Source of the DNA: Glaucostegus cemiculus
Taxonomy: Eukaryota
Assembly: GCA_976551045.1 (NCBI GenBank)
Contig: CDPCPM010000073.1
Coordinates: 28,830,001-28,894,000 of the forward strand
Length of the DNA stretch: 64,000 nt
Reading direction: 5' to 3'
In this document: piece by piece, positions 13,148 to 23,584 of the stretch
Numbering within the stretch: the stretch's first letter is position 1
How the letters are laid out: every line of letters begins with the position of its first letter
Program-made: the position numbers and the translations under genes
The notes under the pieces: generated by a model
Seen by the model: the letters and a program-made list of their open reading frames with translations, nothing else
Told to the model about the DNA's origin: nothing
Databases searched by the model: none

Positions 13148-13372
13148 TCTGCACATTCTGAAGTCTGAAATAAAATCAAAAAGGCTGAAAATACAGAACA
13201 GGTTTGGCAGAATCTATTGGGAGGAAAAATGAATTAATGGTTCAGGTGGATGACTTTACATCAGAATGTATGATGGAAGATTCTGTTGAAAAGTCATTGA
13301 CATAAAAGGTTAACGTTTTCTTTCTAAAGATGCTGGCTGACCTATTTGTTATTTCCACCATTTTCTTCATTT
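13148..13372. mobile_element. Penelope-derived fold-back element (two diverged terminal repeats in inverted orientation)
   Basis: 13175-13266 aligns to the reverse complement of 13281-13372, with a spacer of about 14 nt. Confidence 0.65.
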
Positions 13373-14539
13373 ATGCTTAAAATTAAAGATAAGAGACCAA
13401 AGATAATTAATCGTTTTTCATTTTATTTTCAGATATTTTTATCCTGCCTAGCTTAGGTCTCCCACTATTCTTTATTCAGTGATTTTAAATTCCATTAAAA
13501 ACTACCATACATTTCAAAAAATAAGAAATCAGGAATGAGAAATTGTGTTCATATCATCCTGAACCATAATAAAAATTGATAGATGAGCAAAGTTACTGGC
13601 ATTAATGTGAATTGAGTACATATACAGCATGAAGTTGCCACAGAACAATAGCCCTCACTGGATATGGCATAAGAAGCACAGAACTATTTTTAACTCTATT
13701 AAAAATCTTGGTTTGTATATGTTCACTCTTTCTCATTGTAGCAATTTACAACCTTTACTTGTTCTCTTTCTTTTAGCTATCTACCCCATTTGTTCTAGTC
13801 ACAGCTTAATTACAGGCAAAATTTGAGACAGTATTTTGATAGGGCTAATTAGCTGTAATATGATGAGGTTTCTCATGTATCCCATCTCAGCTGAAAAAAA
13901 TGCAGTTTAGTTTATGTTCTGCTCAAGTTGTATTGAATTAACTGCAAGATGAAGGCAAGATACTAGGAAGGAAAAATGGAAAATGCTGGAAATAGGGAGG
14001 CAGCATTAGTGGAGAGAAACGGGTTCACATTTCACTTTAATAATCTTTCATCCTGGGAAGTTGACTAGGGCAATGGATTTCGTATAATAGGTAAAGCATG
14101 TATGAAAATTGAAAATACTATCATCAGTTCAGTTCAAAACTATCTGGAAACAATAGCTATGTATTAATTTAAGACTAGAATGGCCATTATTCTGGTTTTT
14201 CCTTTGAATTTGCAGTGACCATGACCCAAATTTACGATTATTAACCGTGGCTTCAAGGCTATATGCTTGACTTGCTGTTTGTTCAGTGCCTGAGCCTAGC
14301 ATCAAAATGTCTCATAAAATCCCTTATGTCCTGCTCTATGAAACAAAAAAAAATTGTGATTCAAAATAACCAGACACTGTAGAAGCAGGGGGAAAATAAT
14401 AAATGGTGTGATATATTTATCTCTTTCTTATTGTCCTTAATTTCCCACAGAAAAACAAAGACTGGTCACATGCACACTGTATTGCAGCAAAAATTTAGGG
14501 ATCTGTCCTGCTTGCTCACTCTTTCTTCCTCTCTTAAGT

Positions 14540-14880
14540 GGAGTGTTGTGAGAAGTAGAATAAAAAAGGAGAGTGAAAGGAAAGGGAAAAGGCAAAGCAT
14601 GAGTGAGAGCAACTAAGGTAAAAGATGAAAAAGATGGAAGGAAATAAATAAAGAAGAGGTGGATGTGACTGGGAGAAGAGAGGAGGAGGCGGTGAACTGT
14701 GAGGGAACTGGAATGAGGAAGATGAAAATGGAGAAGATGCAAAAAAACGAAGAATGGAAAAGGCAGGTCAGGAAGGGAACCGAGTCACAAGGGAGAGAAA
14801 TAAAGTAAAAGGATAGACAAAAGTGACTGAAATCAGCAAAATGCTGGGAAACAAAAGTGGAGCTATGAAATTAAAATGGA
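14540..14880. repeat. Purine-rich low-complexity tract
   Basis: Almost only A/G on the + strand. Confidence 0.75.
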
Positions 14881-15751
14881 AGAAATTGAGGTACATAGAA
14901 CAATACAGCACAGGAACAGGCACTTCAGCCCACGATGTTGTGCCAAACCAGTTACATTAGTAATAAAATGCCCAATTAAACGAATCGCTTCTGTCTACAC
15001 AATGTCCATATCCTACCCTCTCCCTCACATTGATGTGCCTAGCTAAGAGCTGCTTGAATGCCCTTATTGTCTTTGCCTCCACCATCACCCCTGGCCGCGC
15101 AGTCCAAGCACCCACCACTCTCTATGTAAAAAAAAACCACGCCCCACACATTTCCTTTGAACTTACCCCCATCACCTTAAATGCATGCCCTCCGGTATTC
15201 CAACCCTGGGGCAAAGATACTGGCTGTCTACTCTATCTACACCTCTCATAATCTTTTAAACCTCTGTCAGATCTCCCCTCAGCATCCACCACTCCAGAGA
15301 GAACAGACCAAGAACGTCCAACCTATCCTCATAGCACAGGCCCTCACATCAGACAGCATCATAGTAAACCTCTTCTGCACCCTCTCCAAAGCCTGGACAT
15401 CCTTCTTATAATGGGGCAATCGGAACCAAATGCAATACTCTTGATGCAGCCTAACTAAAGTTTTATACAGCTGCAGCATAACTTTCTGACTCATGAATTC
15501 ATTGCCTTCACTATTGAAAGCAAGCATGCCATATGCTTTCTTTACTGCCCTATCAACCTGTGTAGCCACTTTCAGGGAGCTATGAACTTGGACCCCAAGA
15601 TCCCTCTGCTCATCCACACTGTTAAGGGTCTTGCCATTAACAGTGTACTGTCTCTTTACATTTGATCTCCCAAAGTGCAACACTTCACATTTGGCTGGGT
15701 TGAACTCCATCTGCCATTTCCCCACCCATGTCTGCAGCTGATCTATATCCT

Positions 15752-16036
15752 GTGTAGCGGTTAGCATAATGCTATTACAGCACCAGTGACCTGGGTTCAA
15801 TTCTGGCAGCTGTCTGTATGGAGTTTGTACATTCTCCCTATGTCTGTGTGGGTTTCCTCTGGGTGCTGTAGTTTCCTCCCACATTCCAAAGATGTACAGG
15901 TTAGGAAGTTTTGGGCATGCTATGTTGGCACTGGAAGCAGGGTGACACTTCGGGGCTGCCCCTAGAACACCATACACAAAAGATACATTTCACTGTGTGT
16001 TTCGATGTACATGAGACTAATAAAGATATCTTATCT
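15752..16036 (+). mobile_element. V-SINE with Rex1/Babar-like tail, nested in CR1
   Basis: Collinear and highly similar to 10175-10473, same (TATCT)n end. Confidence 0.9.
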
Positions 16037-16194
16037 TTGCCAGTCTTCTATGCTATCCACAGCACCACCAATCTTTATATCATCTGCAAACCTATTAAGC
16101 CACCCATGTACATTTTCATCCAGGTAATTTAGATACATCACAAACAGCAGAGGTCCCAGTATGGATCCCTGAGGAACACCACTACTCACAGACC

Positions 16195-16635
16195 TGTGGA
16201 AGTTGACCCACACTGTAATAAATCAGACAACAGCAGAACCAAAGAATATACGATTAATGCTTTATTAGTTTAATGCTAGCAGGAGTGAGGAATACAGAAA
16301 AAGAGTGAACAGTGTAACCCGAGCTCTGTACTGATCCCACTCGGAAATCTGTGGTTATCGCCTCTACTCTTATACCCACTTCGTGAGAAACCACCGTGGT
16401 GCACTTACTAAGGCATTTGCTTACAGCAAGCTTTTAGCAAAACAAGCTGTGTCTTAAAAAACTTCTTTCTTTCTCACTCACACCTGGACATTTTTACAGC
16501 CATAACTATAGTCACCCCATGGTTGAGGCACTATCACATCATGGGAAGAATAACTGACTGTGGGAAGAATAGCTACACGCCATTAATCCTTACGTTGCCA
16601 GTCGTTAACCCTTGCATTCCCAGTTATCTTTTACA
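16195..16635 (-). mobile_element. Solo LTR (441 bp) of an LTR retrotransposon or endogenous retrovirus
   Basis: Begins TG and ends CA. Flanked by a 4-bp direct repeat GACC (16191-16194 and 16636-16639). Imperfect terminal inverted repeat TGTGGAAG / TGTAAAAG. Minus strand has TATAA (about 16370) upstream of AATAAA (about 16262). Confidence 0.85.
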
Positions 16636-17324
16636 GACCTCTAGCTAGAATTAGTCCCATTGATCACTACCCCCTGTCTTCCATGGGCAAGCCAGTTCTG
16701 AACCTAAAGGGCCGATTTACCATGGATCTCATGCATCTTAATCTTCTTGATGAGCTTCCTTTAAGGGACCTTGTGAAACGCCTTACTTAAATCCATGTAG
16801 ACAACATCCACAGCTCTACCTTCATCAATCACCCTTGTGACCTCATCAAAAAACTCAAATCAAGTTAGTAAGGCACGACTTGCCCTGCACAAAGCCATGC
16901 TGACTGTCCCTAATTAGGCTATGGTTTTCCAAATGCTCATAAATCTTAGCCCTAAGAATCCTCTCCACTAACTTCCCTACCACTGACATGAGACTCTATA
17001 GTGGTCTATATATGAGACTCTAATTGTGGTCTATAGTGACCACAATTATCTCTGTTTCCCTTCTTGAATAATGGAAAAACATCAGCTGTTCACCAGTCCT
17101 CCAGGACCTCGTTTGTGGCTAGAAAGGACATGAAGATATTGGTCAAGGCCCCAGAATTTGAAAATTAAGAAATTGAAAAGAGAAACAGAACCTAGGGAAG
17201 AGAGAGAGAATTATTTTTCTGGCAGACCATGTCATTAGTGTCATTAGCAAGAATGGTATCAGAAGATGAAAATATTTTGATGGGCCCCGAGCTAAAATAT
17301 TTGAGGACATTTTCATATATTAAC

Positions 17325-17575
17325 GTGTGACTGATGGGGCAGTGGGTGGATTGTTTGTGAGGTGATCTGACCTTCCACTGCTTAAAAAGGGTCTCTGTGT
17401 GCTTCTGATGCACAGACTCAAAGTTCTTGATATCATCCCAAATGATCCTTATCCACTATGAGCAGTCATGGGCTTGGGATTGCCAAGAACCAGTGGGGAT
17501 GTTGCATTGCTTCAAGGAGGCTTTGAGCACAGCCATGAATCTTTTACTCGGTTCACCTGGTTGTTTTTCCCATGC
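17325..17575 (-). mobile_element. RTE-like LINE 3' fragment, old
   Basis: Similar to 22200-22400 (cttctgatgcacagactcaaagttcttga vs ctcctgatgcatgaacttgagtttctcaa). Resembles an RTE ORF C-terminus. Confidence 0.5.
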
Positions 17576-18908
17576 GGTGGTGAATTTCTTCAATGATGAC
17601 TAACTCTACTGAGAGGTGGCTCCTGGGATGTGGGAAGTAGTCAGATTTTTTCAGGGTCTTGCTCTAAACCTTTATTATCAGAGGTCATCCTGTGTTCAAG
17701 CAGCTTACAGTTGGGAACAAGAGAATGTGCTGCTTTTGGAAAATTTTGTTTACCTTAAGTCTGAAATGGCAGATGTTATTGTTGTTTGTTTTGAATGGTT
17801 TGTAACAGACCACCAGCTATTGCTTTTGTGCTCTGATTGATTAAATGTGTTTTACTTTATCAGTGATTGAATGATGCTCTTTGTGCTTGGTTGATGTTTG
17901 TTGCTGATAGCTTTTTCAGAGATGCCCACATTTTCTGTGAGATTGGCTGAAGCCTTTCGAAGCTTTTACTGATAGCAAATCCCTTCAGCTGATTCAAGGA
18001 AAGACCAAACATCAAAACTCTATTGTTACTCTTAGGATAAAATGAACAAACTAGAGAGGTTTAAAATTGGTAGCAAATTATGACTACTTAATATGAAAGA
18101 TGTACTTTGGCAATTATTTTACTTTAACTTCGGTGCAATAGTTCCACTTTTTTCTATTTATTACATTCATGTTAGGTGTTATAGTTCATGGTAATATAAC
18201 TATTTATCCTGAAGTACTCTTTGTGAGTTTACAAAATGATTTAGTATGAATGTCTAAGTTTGTTGGAACAAACCTGAATGAACAAATTGACATGTACTTC
18301 CTATGCAAAAGTGTTTTGTACTTTTCTATTGCTTATGCACTAGATTTTTATTGAAGACGATAAATTTCAAGTTTATTTAAGTAATACATGCATTACAAAA
18401 TGTGTTTATGTTTGCCCTATTAATCGCAGACTTGAATTAAAAATAGGGATCGCTCAACTGACAAATGTTCTGGTTTTCAATTTTCACTGAAATGCAGTTG
18501 ACTCTTGAGGCTGTGTGTCCATGACTTACAAGGCTTTCTCCCCGCTATAATGAGCACTGCTTAATGTTAGCAATAAACAGCAATTGAAATCCCAATCAAG
18601 TGAAGGGGAATTTTTGTTGTCAACAAAGCTCACAATCCACCTGATGTACAACTGCCTCAAAGTTGGGGTAGGGAAGAGAGGGTTGGGGTAAGGAGGAGAG
18701 AATAGAGAATGGATAAGCAATGGGGGTAGGTGGTAGGGTTAGGGAGGAGAGGGGGGAGTGAGTAAGAATAGGGAAGAGAGTTGAGTGGTTCCAAGGAACA
18801 CAGCAGGAACAGGAGATAGCTGGAGCTGGGTGGTGGTAGGGGTAGGTGGGAAGTGAAATGCATCTTGTGTGTTTTATGATTACTACTCTGAAAGAGTATA
18901 TAAAGCTT

Positions 18909-19325
18909 CAAAATTGAGCTTATTGTCATATGCACAAGTACATGTATGCACAGGTACAATGAACAACTTGCAGTGGCATCACAAGCACGTAGCATCAGAT
19001 AAGCAGCATTTACAAAGACATAAATTAAACATAAATTGTACACAGTTTTTACAAGACAAGAATCTATCCACAAAAAAACCCCAGTCCATTGTAGTGCAAA
19101 GTGATCAAAATGGACATAGTGTTACTACACTGAGTTTGTGATTAGAGTTGTGCAGGTTGGTTCAAGAAATGAATGGTTGAAGGGAAGTAGTAGTTTTTGA
19201 ATCTGGTGGTGTGGGACTTGATTTCTGTACCTCCTGCCCGATGGTAGCTGCAAGAAGACAGCATGGCCCAGATGGTGAGGATCTTCAGTGATGTTGCCTT
19301 ATTGAAGAAGCACCTCATGTAGATT
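18909..19325 (-). mobile_element. Rex1/Babar-like LINE 3' end
   Basis: Minus strand encodes PSGRRY...IKSHTTRFKN..FP across a frameshift (end of ORF 19142-19597), then a 3'UTR ending ...gtgcatatgacaataag. Confidence 0.8.
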
Positions 19326-19899
19326 ATGCATATTATGCTTGTTTTTATCTTAGAAGATTTATTAATAAAACAATATTTTATTACTTCAGATCCTTGCATT
19401 GATATAGTTTTAAGTCCTTGGGTGTTCCTGAACCAAATGTCTGAGCTCTGGAATGCAGTCAGAATTTTTACATTGAAACTAGCAGGAAACACTTCCATGA
19501 GTTTTTGCTTATCCCACCTTTTTACCAGTACATGATCCTTTGTAAGTTGAGGGATACCTGTTAATAAAAACGAAACTCGCAAATATTGAATATCCAAAAC
19601 AAAAAGGAGAACTCTGGGTACAAGTACCTGTTGAGAAGAAGCAGCAAGGAAAATTTAGACTTTTCAGAATAAAGTCTGAACAATGTTCAAAGAATCATTA
19701 ACAAAAAAGTAAACTAAAGGAGAGAATCATACACTTCATAAAAAGAAGTTATTTTCTTTGGGCAAGTTATCAAGATTGGTGGTTCGACTGAACATGATGA
19801 CTTTAGATCAACTATTATTCCCTTCCACAAAAATAATTTAGCAAAAAGAAAATTGGATCAGTTTACTCAAGGTAAACATTAATTATCAATCACTGAATG

Positions 19900-20480
19900 C
19901 TGGCAAGTCCATGCTAGCTCCACATAAGAGCATTCCATCTAGTACCACACTCTCTCTATCCACAAAGCCCTGAAAATTCTTCCCTTTTAGATAGTTTGCA
20001 AACACCCTTTTGAACACGGCAATTGAATCTGTTTCAATTAACTCTCATGAATTCTAACCGCTTGCTGTGTAAATGGATTCCTTCCTTGTGTCACCTTTAG
20101 TTCTTTTGCCAATCATTTTAGTTCCATGCCTTAGTTCTTGACACTTTATCTACTCTATCCATATCTTTAAATATATCTTTTGGATCCTCTAACAATCTCC
20201 ATTGCTTCAAGCAGAACAATCCCAGCTTCTTCAGTCTATCAGCATAACTAAAGTCCTTCAACCCTGGAATCATTTTGATAAATCTCTTCCATACCCTTCA
20301 CAACTTTTGTAAAATGTGGTATCCATACCTGGACACAATAGTCCAAATGTTGGTGAAGTGGTGTTTTATAATTAGAAACTAAGTAATCAAAATTTCTTTG
20401 CTCTTGTATTCTATGCCTTTTTTTGTATGAAGCTCAAGATTTTGCAAGAATCTTTAAGCTTTCTTAACCTGTCCAGCCAC
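19900..20480 (-). mobile_element. Old CR1 3' fragment
   Basis: cccagcttcttcagtctatc, cctggacacaatagtccaa and the 3'UTR are collinear with the reverse complement of the CR1 3' end. Confidence 0.7.
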
Positions 20481-21179
20481 TTTGAATGAACTATCCCCAT
20501 AACAGTCCCCTGCTCCCAGATTTCTTTGTTCTTGCATCCTTTATAGAATTGTGCCCTGGCATACCTATTCCAGAAAAGTTCACTTTTACATGGCATATAT
20601 TAATATCCTTTGAAACTGGTGCGCTAGTTACTTGCACTGTATGTAATAAACATGGAGAGTTATTTTTTGCATTTCCCCACCAATTCTTCTCCAACCCTGC
20701 ACTATCAATTGGTGATGATGACTATAACAATGCAGTTCTCCTGTAACTGTGTGGTACTACTGTCTATAGTTGACTATTTTTGCATCCTAATACTGTAGGA
20801 GCAAGAGCAGATTAATGACAGATGAGTATGCCCTTTGGCAAGGTAAGAACCATGAGCTCTGTATTACCAACTTCACTTGGTGGAGAGAAACTGCTTCCAG
20901 CGAGATGAAAATGACACAACACACAAATGATTTGATGGCACAGTACAATTTAAACAGAACGGATGTTCTATTATACTTTATAGATTTCAACCATGTTCAT
21001 GCACTTTGTATAAAGAACCTTTTTTGTACTGCAGTGCACTATTTTATATTTTTGTTATTTTATGAATATTTTTCTAGTGAAATATTGACTCTATTTCTGA
21101 TTTTAAAAAGTCACCTTTCAGAAAACCATGAATGCCCTTATTTTCCTTATTGAGTCCTTTCTCAAAGGTGGCAACTTCT

Positions 21180-21550
21180 CATTTATTCACTCAAAGTATA
21201 TGAGGCTAGGTGACTGGGCAATTATTTTTCATCTCTAATTACCCCTGGATTCAGTGCTTTTTCTAGGCTATTTCTGTGGATGGTCTTAATTGCCGGAAGT
21301 TGCATGCAAACTAGACTTGGGAAGGATGGTAGATTTCCTTTTCTTAAGTTTATTAAACAACCAGGTGGGTTATTATGATGATCAAGTAGTTTCATTGCTG
21401 TTATTAGTGATGCTGCATTTTATACCGAATGTATTTATTTACTTGAATTTAAATTCCCCAGCTGTCATGATGGAACTAGAACATGTGCTTCCTGACCAAT
21501 AATTCAAGCCTTAAGGTACTTGTCCAATGACTTAAACGCTGTGTTATGCT
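21180..21550 (-). mobile_element. Old tRNA-derived SINE, same family as 1390-1760
   Basis: ttgaatttaaattccccagctgtcatgatgg and aaggatggtagatttcc are reverse-complement matches to the 1390-1760 element. Confidence 0.6.
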
Positions 21551-22199
21551 GCTAGAACTAACGTTGTGCTTTTGTGTCTCACTTGAGTGACTGCTTCAAG
21601 CCTGAACGTGACTGTAACTTCTGCTGCCAGCTTGGAGCCTTCACAGTCTAGCTTTGTTCTATCCTTCCTTTATATCACTTTCATGCACTTCCCAGCATGT
21701 TTTTACTGAAACAAGTGTGACTAGTTTTAACTAAATCACTACAGCTGATTCAGTTCAAAGTAGGTGAATCAGTACAGACTGAGTAGGGCACTTAATACTG
21801 TTTGGCTCTTTTCCACACAGGCTAAGTGCATTTGCCAAACACACCCTCAAGTAACTAACAATCAATGTATTTTGTTCTGAATTGAGCAATGTTTGTATGT
21901 AATCTTAGTAGATACTTGAGAGCTGTGGTGTATTAGAATAGTCAGGAAAATCTACTATTGACCTCAGTTTTCCAGGTTTGTTCTTGTTTGGTTCCAGCTG
22001 TTGTTTCCACTGACAAAAAATGATGTTATGCTTGATGGATAAAAAAATAAGAGCATCTTGCTTTGAAGAAGGCAATATAAAAATGTAATTGGAAAATACA
22101 CATACTGTATATACAACACCATGGCTGTCATATCAAAACATATCAGAAGTTGGGTCTGTCAATACCTTCCTGTGCTGTTGCAGTCTTCCCAGGCAATAC

Positions 22200-22870
22200 C
22201 TCATGACTGAGGATGACTTGTTTCAACAATTTGATGGTTCTTGGTTGGCTGGTGAGGCCAATGTGGGAATCACAGAGTTTTCCACAGCCAGGGGCAGGCA
22301 GCTATTTAGTTTGTGAGTGGTACCGTCCATTACTGCAGGGCTTTTTGGTGCTCCTGATGCATGAACTTGAGTTTCTCAATGCCACCCTGAATGCTTCCCC
22401 ACTGTAATATATTTTTAAATTTTATTTACAGCGTGGTAACAGGCCCTTCTGGCCCAACGAGTCTGCGCCGCCCATTTTAAACCCAAATTATTCTACCCGT
22501 ACGTCTTTGGAATGTGGGAGGAAACCGGAGCACCCGGAGGAAACCCACGCAGGCACAGGGAGAATGTACAAACTCCTTACAGGCAGGACAGCGACGGGAA
22601 TTGAACCCCGATCGCTGGCGCTGTAATAGCGTCGCGCTAACCTCTACACTACCGTGCCGATCTCAGTGAAGATGTTAGCCTGGGAAGGGACACTGATATT
22701 GATTTGTTTGTCTTTCTAGTGAATTATGAGGATTTCACAAAGGCAGCATTGGTGGTATCTTTCCAGTGCCTTGAAGTGCTTGCTGCAGGTACAATAGGTC
22801 TCCGAAGCATGGAAGAGGGCAGGATCACTGCAGTCTAGTAAACCCCCATGTTTTATGCCAGGTCTGATCA
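22200..22870 (-). mobile_element. RTE-like LINE fragment interrupted by a young SINE
   Basis: Minus strand gives decayed ...KALERYHQCCL..IL...N.SV.SQANI, typical of the RTE ORF C-terminal region. Confidence 0.6.
22409..22658 (-). mobile_element. Young V-SINE with CR1-type tail
   Basis: CpG-rich. Minus strand reads GGCACGGTAGTGTAGAGGTTAGC (A box), GGGTTCAATTCC (B box), V domain, then ttgggccagaagggcctgttaccacgctgtaaataaaatttaaaaa. Confidence 0.92.
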
Positions 22871-23584
22871 CTTCATCTTCAGTTAGCTGAAGATGAAGTA
22901 ATTAAGTGATCTCACCAGGGAAGGTAAAGAAACATAGACATCTTGTTCTGAACTTATCACACAATACAATAATGTAGCACTTCTTATAGGTGGAAAAGAA
23001 GTGGGAACAGGGAGCAGCTGGCAGAGAGGGTGATTGCTTTTGTTTCCCCATTAGTTCAAGGCTCTCTTTAGGCCTTGAGAACAATCTTTTCTCAGTAGTG
23101 TAGGATAATTGGATAGGTGCCTACCACTTTCTCACATGTGGCAGGATAAAGTGGAGGATTCCATACTGAGCTTAACATCCATGTAGGCAGCCTTTGCAAG
23201 TGCCTGCATTGCAAAAACTTTCCTGTCAATATCTTCTCCTTTCTGAAAGCTGAGGCTTTTGCACATAAAGGCTTTGTGCTACAATTATCTTCAAGTTATT
23301 CAGTTTATCACATTGGAAGGATGGCAAAAACTGTGATTAGGAATGTTAATGCTGAGGTTTGCCCAAGGGTAGATCAGCATATGCAGTAAAATAGAAGTTT
23401 CCAGCAGGGGCTGGAATGTTCCTCTTTCAGTGTGAATGTTTGCTGTTATACTTGGCTGATGCAACATTTCCAAATCATCCTTCCTCTTGGGAAGGACCAG
23501 AATCCAGTCTGTTTGTTAAGGCCAGTTGCTTTTTGCTTTATCTGCTGAATAGGAGTTACTGCTTCCACTTGGTGTGAAACATTC

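Larger units (their letters stand above)
14893..17154 (-). mobile_element. CR1 LINE, 5'-truncated, interrupted by a SINE (15752-16036) and a solo LTR (16195-16635)
   Basis: RT motifs on the minus strand ([30 protein letters not shown]). CR1 sequence resumes in register after each insert. Possible TSD AAGAAATTGA at 14880-14889 and 17167-17176. Confidence 0.92.

Noticed and set aside
15279-15977. 232-aa ORF
   Set aside because: Chance read-through from an antisense SINE into CR1 RT sequence, not a gene.
20799-20842. 44-nt exon candidate (ctgtag ... AAG/GTAAGA)
   Set aside because: Weak pyrimidine tract, non-symmetric length and an unrecognised peptide, so indistinguishable from chance.
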